A DNA stretch of 64,000 nt. It comes from Gemmatimonadota bacterium (GTDB taxonomy: Bacteria > Gemmatimonadota > Gemmatimonadetes > Palauibacterales > Palauibacteraceae). The first letter of the stretch is position 1. Each line of letters begins with the position of its first letter. The position numbers and the translations under genes were made by a program. Positions 1 through 8,842 of this stretch are shown here, in pieces. The stretch lies in contig OZ220691.1 of the NCBI GenBank assembly GCA_965116475.1, forward strand, positions 1,984,001-2,048,000. The letters run 5' to 3'. The notes beneath the pieces are model-generated. The model saw only the letters and a program-made list of their open reading frames with translations, did no database searches and was not told where the DNA came from.

Positions 1-790
1 CCGTCGTGAGCGCGCGCCGGCCCCCCTCCGCGCTCTTCATCAGCCCGAACACCTTCAGCGACAGCACGGGCAGCACGCACGGCATCGCGTTCAGGATCAG
101 CCCGCCCAGGAAGCCCAGGAGCACGAACCACAGGAAGCCACGCCCCGCGCCCCCGACCTGCGATCCCCCGCTGCCCGTCGCGGCTTCCGCCGCCGCGAAG
201 AACTCGGGGTTCGCGACCTCCCCCCCGGCGGCGATCGTCAGCCCCACCGTGGCCGGCGTCGTCACCGGCGCGAGGCACATTTTGTCGTCGCACGCCTGGT
301 AGGTGACGTTCGTCCGGATGGGGTACGTGCCGGTCGCCGCTCCCGCCGGCGTCGGCAGCTCGGCCCGGATGAAGATCTCGCCCTCGTACACGGAGATGGC
401 CGTGGGCGCGAACTCGAAGCGCTTCATCTCGCCCGGGGGATAGCGAGGCGTCTCCGGCGCCGGCCAGTCCGGCGGCGCCTCGATGTCGATCTCCGTCGCG
501 ATCAGATAATCGTAGGTCGGCTCGTAGCTGTTCGTGTGCCAGCCGTCCTCGATGATGAGGCGCACCGCGAGTTCCGCGGGCTCGCCGGCGAGGTAGGCGG
601 TGCGGTCGAGGGCGACGGCGATGTCCCCCTTCTCGAGATCGAGCGCCCCCTGCCGGGGAAGCTGCGCCGCGCCCGGACCCGGGAGGAGAGATCCCGCGAC
701 CGCGGCCCACACGCCCGCGAACACCGGCCAGGCGCGCCGAACTCCGCCGCGTTGCTCCCGCGCCATCCTGCCTCTCGAACCGACCTTCAT
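1..790 (-). CDS. dsbD: Protein-disulfide reductase DsbD family (5' part; runs off window)
   Basis: Manual translation from ATG 790: signal-like segment, GWHTNS, YQACDDKMCLAP, then LLGFLGGLILNAMPCVLPVLSLK typical of the DsbD TM domain. Confidence 0.85.
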   Translation of the reverse strand, partial: MKVGSRGRMAREQRGGVRRAWPVFAGVWAAVAGSLLPGPGAAQLPRQGALDLEKGDIAVALDRTAYLAGEPAELAVRLIIEDGWHTNSYEPTYDYLIATEIDIEAPPDWPAPETPRYPPGEMKRFEFAPTAISVYEGEIFIRAELPTPAGAATGTYPIRTNVTYQACDDKMCLAPVTTPATVGLTIAAGGEVANPEFFAAAEAATGSGGSQVGGAGRGFLWFVLLGFLGGLILNAMPCVLPVLSLKVFGLMKSAEGGRRALTT

Positions 791-985
791 TCGTCTTGAT
801 CCTCTGAACTCGAGCTTCCGACAACCCGACGGGAAAATTAGCCGCCCGACCCTTGCGTCAAAACACCCGCCATGCCTGCCGCGATGGATGCCCACGATGG
901 ACGCCGGCGATTGACGCCCGCATTTGCGGCGGACCACTCTTGAAGGAACGAGGCACGTCCCGCGACACCGGAACCGGAGGGCGAC

Positions 986-1393
986 ATGAAACGCTGGGGT
1001 CTGCTGCTGCTGAGAGTGAGCACGGGGTGGCTGCTGGTGATGTGGGGGCTCGACAAGTTCGTCAACGTGGAGCACGGCCAGCGCGTGGCCGAGAGCTTCT
1101 ATCTGGGGATCGGTTCGCAGGCGGTCGTCCAGAACGTGTTCGGCGGCCTGGAGATCGCCCTCGGTCTGCTCGTGGTGGCGGGCCTGTTGAGGAAGTGGGC
1201 GTACCCCGCGGCGTTCGTCGTCCTCCTCATCACGGCGCTCGCCGTCTGGAAGTCGATTCTCGATCCGTGGGGCTGGGTCCTCGAGGGATCGCAGGTCCTC
1301 TTCTATCCCTCGATCATCGTTCTCGCCGGCGCCATGGTCCTGTGGGGCACGATGGACCAGGACGAGTTGACGGTCGACGCCCGTCTGGGCTGA
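986..1393 (+). CDS. DoxX family membrane protein
   Basis: GGAGG RBS; LLLRVSTG...GLDKF, GGLEIALGLLVVAGL; 4 hydrophobic segments. Confidence 0.8.
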   Translation: MKRWGLLLLRVSTGWLLVMWGLDKFVNVEHGQRVAESFYLGIGSQAVVQNVFGGLEIALGLLVVAGLLRKWAYPAAFVVLLITALAVWKSILDPWGWVLEGSQVLFYPSIIVLAGAMVLWGTMDQDELTVDARLG

Positions 1394-1460
1394 CCTGTGA
1401 GCTGACCTGCCCGGCCCCGGCCCGGCGCGTTTCGAGGCGACGCGCCGGACGGGTCGGGAA

Positions 1461-2990
1461 TCAGCCGTGCTCCGGCTCGGGCCGGTGGACCCTTCCGAGC
1501 CGCCACATGCCGATGGCGACCAGCACCGCGACGATCGGTAGGCCGGCCGCCCCCGTGAGGACGATCAGCGAGGCCATCATGAAGGCGACCGTTGCGGCGA
1601 TGAGGCCCGTGAGGAGCCAGCCGCCGAGCACCACCATGATGCCCGTCACGCGCTGGCCGCCGTCGGTGGTCGTCCAGGTCCGGTCCCCGAAAGAGGCGCC
1701 CATCGCGGCCATGAACGTGATGTACGTCGTCGACAGGGGCAGCCTGTTGGCCGTGCCGATGGAGATGAGCAGCGCCGCGACCGTCAGATTCACGCTCGCG
1801 CGCAGCAGATCGTACGGAGGATCGTCCGCGTCCGGCGGGGGCGGTGCGGTCTGCACCTCGATATGCTCCCGGAGCCTGCGCGGGGTGAGGCGCTGCGCGA
1901 GAAGGAAGCCGGAGTATCCCCACGTCGCAATCGACGTGCCCAGCTTGCTGTCGCGGAAGCGCTGAGGTGTGTGGCTTTGCGCGGCCAGGCGGATCTCCGT
2001 GTCCGTCACGCGACGCGCTTTCCGGGACCTGATGAGCGCCACGGCCATGACGAGACCCGCCACCAGTAGCGCCCACGGCGGCGTCGGCACCCGGCCGGAG
2101 AGGTCGACCCCTTCCACGAGCACTGCCTGGAAGGCCGCGACCGACGGACCGATGAAGTTGACGAGGTCGTTTCCGGCGAATGCCATGGACAGCGCGCCCG
2201 TGCCGGTGAGCACGATGACGCCGACCACCGTCCTGGGCCGCCGCCGCAACGCGAACGCAAACACGCTCGACAGGACGAACACTCCGGCGAGAATCAGGAC
2301 GATCTGCTCGCGCAGCATCGTCATCGTCTCCTCACCGAGAAGCGCGGCGCCCTGCAGACCCTTGAACAGCACGAAATAGCCCATCGCCGAGAACGAGACG
2401 CCGGTCCAGAGCCAGCCCCAGCGCGGAAAGCTCTCCTTCAGGTTGAATCCGTACAGGATCCGTACCAGCCACATGACCGCGGCCGCGCTCACAAAGGCAG
2501 TGACAACGGAGAGGAAGATGGCGGTGTAGATGCCGAGGACCGGCCCCGTGTTGATCACTTCCAGCGCCCCGCGGAACCCGCCCGCCGAGGTCCAGAAGGC
2601 GACCGCGATCGAGGCGCCCACGAGTTCCGACACGATCGATACGGTCGTGCTCGTCGGCAGCCCGAAGGTGTTGAACAGATCCAGGAGGAGGACGTCCGCC
2701 GCCATGACGCCGAGATAGAGCGCGAGGATCGAGGTCAGGATGATCGTCCCGTCCACGTCGGTGAAGAAGCTGGGGTCGAACACGCCGCGCCGCGCCACTT
2801 CCATGAGGCCGCTCGATGTGAACGCGCCGAGGAGGATCCCGATCGTGGCGATGATCATGATGAGGCGCCGCCGCGCCACCCGGGACCCGAACGCCGAGTT
2901 CAGGAAGTTCACCGCATCGTTCGCGACCCCGACCCAGAGATCGAAGGTCGCGAGCCCGAGAATCAGAAGCAGAGCAATCGTTTCGAACAA
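1461..2990 (-). CDS. Inorganic phosphate transporter (PiT family)
   Basis: Two PiT signatures GVANDAVN and FAGNDLVN, plus LPTSTT and LPLSTT. Confidence 0.9.
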   Translation of the reverse strand: MFETIALLLILGLATFDLWVGVANDAVNFLNSAFGSRVARRRLIMIIATIGILLGAFTSSGLMEVARRGVFDPSFFTDVDGTIILTSILALYLGVMAADVLLLDLFNTFGLPTSTTVSIVSELVGASIAVAFWTSAGGFRGALEVINTGPVLGIYTAIFLSVVTAFVSAAAVMWLVRILYGFNLKESFPRWGWLWTGVSFSAMGYFVLFKGLQGAALLGEETMTMLREQIVLILAGVFVLSSVFAFALRRRPRTVVGVIVLTGTGALSMAFAGNDLVNFIGPSVAAFQAVLVEGVDLSGRVPTPPWALLVAGLVMAVALIRSRKARRVTDTEIRLAAQSHTPQRFRDSKLGTSIATWGYSGFLLAQRLTPRRLREHIEVQTAPPPPDADDPPYDLLRASVNLTVAALLISIGTANRLPLSTTYITFMAAMGASFGDRTWTTTDGGQRVTGIMVVLGGWLLTGLIAATVAFMMASLIVLTGAAGLPIVAVLVAIGMWRLGRVHRPEPEHG

Positions 2991-3102
2991 TGGATCAACG
3001 CCTGGCTGGGGCTGCGGACGTCCGGAACCGGGTCACACCTGGCAGCCACGGACAATGCTTTCAGCGCCAACCCTAGGCTGATTTCACCACGGAGCAAGCG
3101 TC

Positions 3103-3120
3103 GTGACGGGACTGTTACGT
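3103..3120 (-). promoter_or_regulatory. Candidate Pho-box-like 11-bp-period direct repeat
   Basis: Minus strand ACGTAAC-agtc-CCGTCAC about 110 nt upstream of the PiT gene. Confidence 0.4.
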
Positions 3121-3145
3121 CAGCGCCCTTCGGCTTCACCTTCCC

Positions 3146-3319
3146 TGGCAGCCCGTGGCAAAACCCCGCTGCGTTCGAGCGGCGCTGCATCTCGCCCGAA
3201 ACGCTGCGCTCTGCGTCGCTCCTCGGTCGCGTAGCGCTGCTATGCTCCCTCGTCGCTCCTTGTCAGGCGAGCGCTTCACCGCCCTCGGCGCTGACGCGGG
3301 GTTTTGCCACGGACTGCCA
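3146..3319. mobile_element. MITE-like dispersed repeat, copy 1
   Basis: 24-bp terminal inverted repeats TGGCAG(C/T)CCGTGGCAAAACCCCGC with 1 mismatch; near-identical inverted copy at 13085-13255. Confidence 0.8.
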
Positions 3320-3572
3320 CGCGATCCGCCGCCTCCGGCGGCTCCCCGCCGCTTCGCTTCAGGAGCCTTCGCGCCGCTCCGATGTCGGCCCCATCAGAGC
3401 GCTCGGCGAAGAACTCGGCCGTCCTCATGGCCGTGATCTTCTCTGCCACCGCCGTTGCCACGAACTGATTGATGCTGGTTCCGTCCTCTTCGCTGATCTC
3501 GCGTACAGCCATCTTGAGAGATGAGGGGAGACGCAGGGGGTAGGTGCTGGTTTGCTTATGCCTCCGCGTCAT
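3276..3572 (-). CDS. Ribbon-helix-helix antitoxin (HicB-like C-terminal type)
   Basis: YPLRLPSSLK...EDGTSINQFVATAVAEK; ATGA overlap with PIN toxin; 3' end lies inside the MITE. Confidence 0.85.
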   Translation of the reverse strand: MTRRHKQTSTYPLRLPSSLKMAVREISEEDGTSINQFVATAVAEKITAMRTAEFFAERSDGADIGAARRLLKRSGGEPPEAADRVAVRGKTPRQRRGR

Positions 3573-3991
3573 TTCCGTATCCTCTGAAGCGCTTGTTGGG
3601 GCGACAACAACTTCATCCCGAATCTCTCGGCGGCGTCGCCAAAATCGCGCCGGTTGAAGGTGACCAGGGCGTCCGCGCCTCCGTTGATGGCGGCTTCGAG
3701 CACCATCTCATCCGCTGGATCGCGAAGCTGCGGACGCCACAGAAACCGCGATCGCACCGGCTCTGCCACCGCGCACAGGGCCGACATGATGACTTCAACT
3801 TCAGACTCCTTGAGACCAGCGACGATTCGCTGTGCCGGAGCCTTGCATATACTCTCGTATTCCAACACGAGCGCCACCGAGAGAAGCAACGTGAACTCCT
3901 GCCGCAACGCACGGTCGAGGAGATCCGCCGAGGCGCCACTTGGGCTTCGCAGGCCAGCGACGATGACGTTCGTGTCGAGAACGAGACGCAT
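3569..3991 (-). CDS. PIN-domain toxin (VapC-like)
   Basis: MRLVLDTNVIV...EYE...LRDPADEMVLEAA...LVTFNRRDF. Confidence 0.9.
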   Translation of the reverse strand: MRLVLDTNVIVAGLRSPSGASADLLDRALRQEFTLLLSVALVLEYESICKAPAQRIVAGLKESEVEVIMSALCAVAEPVRSRFLWRPQLRDPADEMVLEAAINGGADALVTFNRRDFGDAAERFGMKLLSPQQALQRIRK

Positions 3992-4022
3992 CGTATACGA
4001 TATCACATCGCCCACGATGTGA
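3990..4022. promoter_or_regulatory. Palindromic operator candidates of the TA operon
   Basis: Perfect palindrome ATCGTATACGAT (3990-4001) and TCACATCG-N4-CGATGTGA (4003-4022) next to the toxin start. Confidence 0.55.
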
Positions 4023-4067
4023 AAAGGTCCCGCCGGGTTAACCTGACGGGTGATGAAGGAGGAGCGG

Positions 4068-5189
4068 ATGCGGGTTCCCCCATTCCTTATGGAGCGGTGG
4101 CAGTCGACGTTCGAGCACCGCGTGGACTACAACCTCTCCGAGAGCGGCGTACACCCGCTCACGCTGTCGGAACTGCTGGAACTCATCGACCTGGACCCGG
4201 GCGGCGTCCGTCTGGAGTACGGCCAGAGCGATGGGTCGGACCCGCTCAAGGCCGTCATCGCGGGACTGTACCGGGGGGCGCTCGCCGACAACATCATCGT
4301 CACGACCGGCGGGGCCGAAGCGAACTACGTGGTGCTGTGGAGCCTGGTGTCGGCCGGGGACCGCGTCGTGGCGCTGGAGCCCACCTACGGCCAGACGCCG
4401 GGAATCGCGCGGGGACTCGGCGCGGATGTCGTCTCGTGGCAACTGAGGGAGGATCTCGGCTGGCAGCCCGAGCCGGGAAGTGCGGCCGACGTCATCACGC
4501 CGGGGACGCGTCTCGTCATCGTCACGAACCCCAACAATCCGACGGGAGCGGTCCTCTCGGGCGCGGCCATGGACGAAATCGTCGGCGCCGCCGAGGCGGT
4601 CGGGGCCTGGATTCTGTCGGACGAGGTCTACATCGGGGCGGAGGTCGAGGGCCCGGAGACGCCGAGCTTCTGGGGCCGCTACGACCGGGTGATCGTGACG
4701 GGCTCGCTCTCGAAGGCCTACGCGCTTCCGGGGCTCCGGCTCGGCTGGATCACGGCGCCGGCGCACATGCACGAGGAGTTCTGGAGCCGGAAGGACTACA
4801 CGACGATCACGCCGGCCACCCTGTCGGACGTCGCGGCGCGCCGGGTCCTGAGCGCGGAGGTGCGCCCCCGCCTGCTCGAGAGGACGCGCGGGATCATCCG
4901 CGCCAATCTCTCCCGCGTCACCCGCTGGCTCGATGACCGCGCGGACCTGTTCGCCTACCGGGCGCCGGATGCCGGTGCGATCTGCTACGTGCGCTACGAT
5001 CTCGACATCAACTCCACCGAACTGGCGGAGCGCCTGCGGGCCGAAAAGGGCGTGCTCCTCGTGCCGGGGGATCATTTCGGCATGGATCGCTACCTGCGGA
5101 TCGGCTTCGGAAACCCGGCCGCGGAACTCGACGAGGCGCTCGACCGGGTGGCGGCCCTTCTCGAGGAGGCCTGCGCCACCGCGGCTTGA
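4068..5189 (+). CDS. PLP-dependent aminotransferase class I/II
   Basis: TNPNNPTG, SDEVY, GSLSKAYALPGLRLGW; AGGAGG RBS before ATG 4068. Confidence 0.9.
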   Translation: MRVPPFLMERWQSTFEHRVDYNLSESGVHPLTLSELLELIDLDPGGVRLEYGQSDGSDPLKAVIAGLYRGALADNIIVTTGGAEANYVVLWSLVSAGDRVVALEPTYGQTPGIARGLGADVVSWQLREDLGWQPEPGSAADVITPGTRLVIVTNPNNPTGAVLSGAAMDEIVGAAEAVGAWILSDEVYIGAEVEGPETPSFWGRYDRVIVTGSLSKAYALPGLRLGWITAPAHMHEEFWSRKDYTTITPATLSDVAARRVLSAEVRPRLLERTRGIIRANLSRVTRWLDDRADLFAYRAPDAGAICYVRYDLDINSTELAERLRAEKGVLLVPGDHFGMDRYLRIGFGNPAAELDEALDRVAALLEEACATAA

Positions 5190-5198
5190 GGTCGTACG

Positions 5199-6695
5199 GT
5201 GTCCGCGACGGTCGAAGTCGAGGTCAAGCTCACCGGGCGTCCCGGGGAGTTGTGCGCGGCTTTCGACGACCTGATCGGTACCAGCCCGGTTCGCCAACGA
5301 CTGCGGACGGTCTACTACGACACCTCGGAGGGCCACCTGCGGCGTCGCGGTTTCGCCCTCAGGATCCGGAGTCGGCCCGGCGTCCGGGAACTGACCCTGA
5401 AGAAGGATGAGGGGGACGGGCTGACCCGTGGCGAGTGGACCTCGCCCCTGCCGTCCACGACCGGGGATGAGGAAACGCCGACGCTCGATCGACTCCCTCC
5501 CGAGGCTCCCGTTGGCGATCTGGGGATCGCGGGCGCCGACGCGCTGAACCCCACCTTTCTCACGGACATCGAGCGCACGAAGAAGGAAGTCCAGGCGGGC
5601 GACGCCATGGTCGAGGTGTCGCTGGACACGGGACGGATCTCGGCCGGCGAGCGTGAGGCGCCGGTAGCCGAACTGGAGCTGGAGCTCCTGAGCGGGTCGG
5701 CGGGAGACATGCTGGCGGGTGCGCGCGCGCTCCTGGAGAAGCGCCGCCTCACCGTCGGGACGCGCTCCAAGGCGGCGAGAGGCAGCGACCTGCTACTGGG
5801 CGCGTCGCCGGCCGCCGTCCGGGCGACCCGGGTGAAACTCGATCCGGCGGATTCGATCGACGAGGCGCTCGCGAAGGTCGTCCGCGCGGCTTCGATCCAC
5901 GTGACGGGGAATCTCGCTCCGGTCGCGGAGGTCGGCGATCCGGAAGGCGTCCACCAACTGCGGGTCTCCCTGCGGCGGCTGCGCTCGGCGCTCCTCTTCC
6001 TCAAGCCCCATCTGGGCTCCCGCGCCGCCGCCCTGAACCGCGAGGCCCGGCGCGCGCTGAAGCGGCTGGGCCCGGCGCGCGACCTCGATGTCTTTCTGCT
6101 CGAAACGCTGCCTCCCGTGATCGATGCGAACCCGGGTGCGTCATCGCTGCCGCGGCTCCGGGACGCCGCCCGGGAACGGCGGGCCGTGGCCTGGGAAGCG
6201 GCGCGGAAGTTGATTCGGGGCCGGCGGTTCAACCGGTTCGTCCTCGATCTGCTCCGGGTGCCGCACCACGGCGGACTCGTCGTGCGGGACGCCGACGAGC
6301 CCCTCCTGGCGACCGCGAGGCGCAGGCTGAACGGGAGATACCGGAGCCTGATGAAGGCGGGGAGCGGCTTCGATCGCCTGAGCGAGCAGGAGCGCCACCG
6401 GGTCAGGATCGCGCTCAAGAAGCTCCGCTACGCGTGCGGCTACTCCCGGACCCTCTTCCCCGGCCCGGCGGTGGACACCTGTCTCCGACGCCTGTCGGCG
6501 CTGCAGGATGACCTGGGCCGGCTGAACGATGCGTCGGTCGCCCGGCTGATCTCGCGAGAACTGGCCGCATCCGATCCGCGCGCGGCCGACGGCGCCTCGC
6601 GGGTCGTCGAATGGTGCGACCGGCGGGCGCGCGAGGCGGAGCCCGGTCTTATTGAATCCTGGCGGACCTTCGCTGCGACGGAACCGTTCTGGTAG
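5199..6695 (+). CDS. CYTH and CHAD domain protein (polyphosphate-related)
   Basis: EVEVK, YYDT, ELELEL (CYTH); VHQLRVSLRRLRS, HRVRIALKKLRY, LQDDLGRLND (CHAD). Confidence 0.9.
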   Translation: MSATVEVEVKLTGRPGELCAAFDDLIGTSPVRQRLRTVYYDTSEGHLRRRGFALRIRSRPGVRELTLKKDEGDGLTRGEWTSPLPSTTGDEETPTLDRLPPEAPVGDLGIAGADALNPTFLTDIERTKKEVQAGDAMVEVSLDTGRISAGEREAPVAELELELLSGSAGDMLAGARALLEKRRLTVGTRSKAARGSDLLLGASPAAVRATRVKLDPADSIDEALAKVVRAASIHVTGNLAPVAEVGDPEGVHQLRVSLRRLRSALLFLKPHLGSRAAALNREARRALKRLGPARDLDVFLLETLPPVIDANPGASSLPRLRDAARERRAVAWEAARKLIRGRRFNRFVLDLLRVPHHGGLVVRDADEPLLATARRRLNGRYRSLMKAGSGFDRLSEQERHRVRIALKKLRYACGYSRTLFPGPAVDTCLRRLSALQDDLGRLNDASVARLISRELAASDPRAADGASRVVEWCDRRAREAEPGLIESWRTFAATEPFW

Positions 6696-6734
6696 CTCGG
6701 CCGCGCGGCTGGCCTCCCGGCGGCTCGGTATCCC

Positions 6735-7988
6735 TCAGTGGACGACGCGGGGTCCGAGCGAGCGGCGGTGACTGCGGACGCCGCGCGCGAAGAGGAGCAG
6801 CGTGAGCAGGAGCGCGGCCCCGCCGATCAGGAGCCGCACCGGATTGTCCGAGACGCGGTTGCCGGGGCTGTCGAGCAGGGCGTCGAAGAGCGTCGGCGGA
6901 TCGTACAGGACCCCGCCCTTGCCCACGCGGGACACCGTCTGCGTGAGCGAAACATCCAGGCGCGGATCGCTCTCGAGAATGAGAAAGTCGCCCAGCTTGC
7001 CCGGCTCCAGCGTACCCCGGGAGTCGTCGAGTCCCAGGTGGCGGGCCGCCTCGCGCGTGGCCGCGTAGAGCGCGTCCTCCGCCGTCAGTCCGGCCGTGAC
7101 GAGCGCGTCCATCTCCTCGTGCAGCGCCAGCCCCGGCGCGAGCGCGCCGTTCGTGGCCGTGGAGACGGATCCTCCGGCGGCGTGGAATTCCCGCACGAAC
7201 TCGCGGAGCACCTCCAGCGCCGCTCCCAACCGTTCCGCCTCGGCGGGCGTTCGGTCGGGGAGGAGCCGGTCCTGGATGCGCTCCGTGACCATCGCGTACT
7301 CGACAAGGGGGTTCATCCCGTGCGGGAGCCGGTAGGGCGCCGCCCATCGTTCCTGCTCCAGGAGGCGCGGCGCGAACGCGGCGCCCCGGGCTCCCATCGC
7401 GCGGGCGGAGTCCAGCAGCGCATCCCGGTCGGCGAGCGCCGGCCGCGACCGCGCGTAGAGCTGGAGATCTCGCGGCTCGCGGCCCGGCGGCCCGGCGTCG
7501 AGCGGGATCGTCGCCGCGACGACCTGGCCGAAGAGACCGAGCGGGTACGGCGGTTCCTCCACGGGCGTTGCCGGCCGCGGCGCGGGGATGCGCGCGTCAT
7601 CGCTGCCCGATGGCGGCAGCGGCTCCCCTTCGGGCCCCTCCGGAATCTCCGGGACGGCCGCCGTCGTGACGCCGAGCAGAAAGGCCAGGTAGGCGGCCTG
7701 CTCGTTGCTCGGCACCTCCGCGGCCTCCTTCACGTCGATCAGCCCCGGCACCACCCAGAAGCCGTCCGCGTCGAGCACCTCCACGCCCGCCGGTCCGTCG
7801 CAGTCGGCCGGCGCGCCCACGCACGTCACCCGGCCGTCGACCACGACGAGCCGCCCGCCCGGCCACACCGCCCCGGTGCCGTCGATGATGTTCCCGTTGT
7901 CGACCACGATCGATCCGGGCCCGCCGCACGCCGCGACGCCGACCAGAAGGGCGGCTGCCAGCCCCGAACAGCGTTTCATTCCCGTCAT
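6735..7988 (-). CDS. Amidohydrolase-fold lipoprotein with C-terminal TM helix, metal ligands apparently lost
   Basis: Lipobox VAAC, DADGFWVVPGLID, LHEEM, ATREAARHLG...GTLEPGKLGDFLIL; ATGA overlap with hisN stop. Confidence 0.75.
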   Translation of the reverse strand: MTGMKRCSGLAAALLVGVAACGGPGSIVVDNGNIIDGTGAVWPGGRLVVVDGRVTCVGAPADCDGPAGVEVLDADGFWVVPGLIDVKEAAEVPSNEQAAYLAFLLGVTTAAVPEIPEGPEGEPLPPSGSDDARIPAPRPATPVEEPPYPLGLFGQVVAATIPLDAGPPGREPRDLQLYARSRPALADRDALLDSARAMGARGAAFAPRLLEQERWAAPYRLPHGMNPLVEYAMVTERIQDRLLPDRTPAEAERLGAALEVLREFVREFHAAGGSVSTATNGALAPGLALHEEMDALVTAGLTAEDALYAATREAARHLGLDDSRGTLEPGKLGDFLILESDPRLDVSLTQTVSRVGKGGVLYDPPTLFDALLDSPGNRVSDNPVRLLIGGAALLLTLLLFARGVRSHRRSLGPRVVH

Positions 7989-8761
7989 GACGTTCCAGCT
8001 CCGTTCAGGATCTCCATCGCCTCCCTGTGGAGCGCCGGCGCGGCCGCCACCGTCGACGCGCCACCGATGGGGTCGTCCCCTTCCCAGGTCGTGATCACGC
8101 CGCCCGCGCCCCTGATGACCGGGACCAGCGCCGCAATGTCCCAGGGATGCATGATGGGATCGAGCATGATGTCGCCTCGCCCGGTCGCGACCATGAGATA
8201 TCCGTAACAGTCGCCCCAGCCACGGTACAGCGCCGCTCTCGACCACAGCGCCTCGAACCCCGCGAGGTTCCGGTGCCGGCCGACCGCCCCCGGATCCGTC
8301 GTCAGGAGCAGTGCCTCCGACAACGCGCGGTCTTCGCGCACCCGTACCGCCTTCCCGTTGAAGGTCGTCCCCGATGCGGTGCCGATGGCAAGCTCGCGCG
8401 TGATCGGCTGGTGGATCACCCCCAGGATCGGCTCTCCGTCGCGCAGCAGCCCGATGAGCGTACCGAACAGCGGGACGCCCGCGACGAAGGAGATCGTCCC
8501 GTCGATCGGATCCAGCACCCACACGTATTCCGCGTCGTCGTTCTGCGGGCCGAACTCCTCGCCCACGATGCCGTGGTCGGGAAAGCGCTCCAGGATCCGG
8601 TCGCGGAGGAGCGTCTCGGCGTAGCGATCCGCCACGGTGACGGGCGACGCGTCCGCCTTGGACTCCACGGCCAGGTCGGGATGGCGGAACATGCCCGCGA
8701 TCGCCCGGCCGGATTCCTCGGCCAGCTCCGCCGCGAAGTCTCTCAGCGAATCGGGGTCCAC
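7985..8761 (-). CDS. hisN: Histidinol-phosphatase, inositol monophosphatase family
   Basis: SPVTVAD, GEEFG, WVLDPIDGT, GDCYGY, WDIAAL; GGAGG RBS before GTG 8761. Confidence 0.8.
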   Translation of the reverse strand: MDPDSLRDFAAELAEESGRAIAGMFRHPDLAVESKADASPVTVADRYAETLLRDRILERFPDHGIVGEEFGPQNDDAEYVWVLDPIDGTISFVAGVPLFGTLIGLLRDGEPILGVIHQPITRELAIGTASGTTFNGKAVRVREDRALSEALLLTTDPGAVGRHRNLAGFEALWSRAALYRGWGDCYGYLMVATGRGDIMLDPIMHPWDIAALVPVIRGAGGVITTWEGDDPIGGASTVAAAPALHREAMEILNGAGTS

Positions 8762-8842
8762 CTCTCCTCCGGTTTCGAGTTTGAGCGCAATCCGGCCCAC
8801 AGGTTAGTGTCGCGTCCGGGACACTACACTAGGTTCCCGGTC

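Noticed and set aside
2963..3190. Small ORFs starting MQRRSNAAG (also 13212-13439)
   Set aside because: Shared peptide simply reflects translation of the two MITE copies
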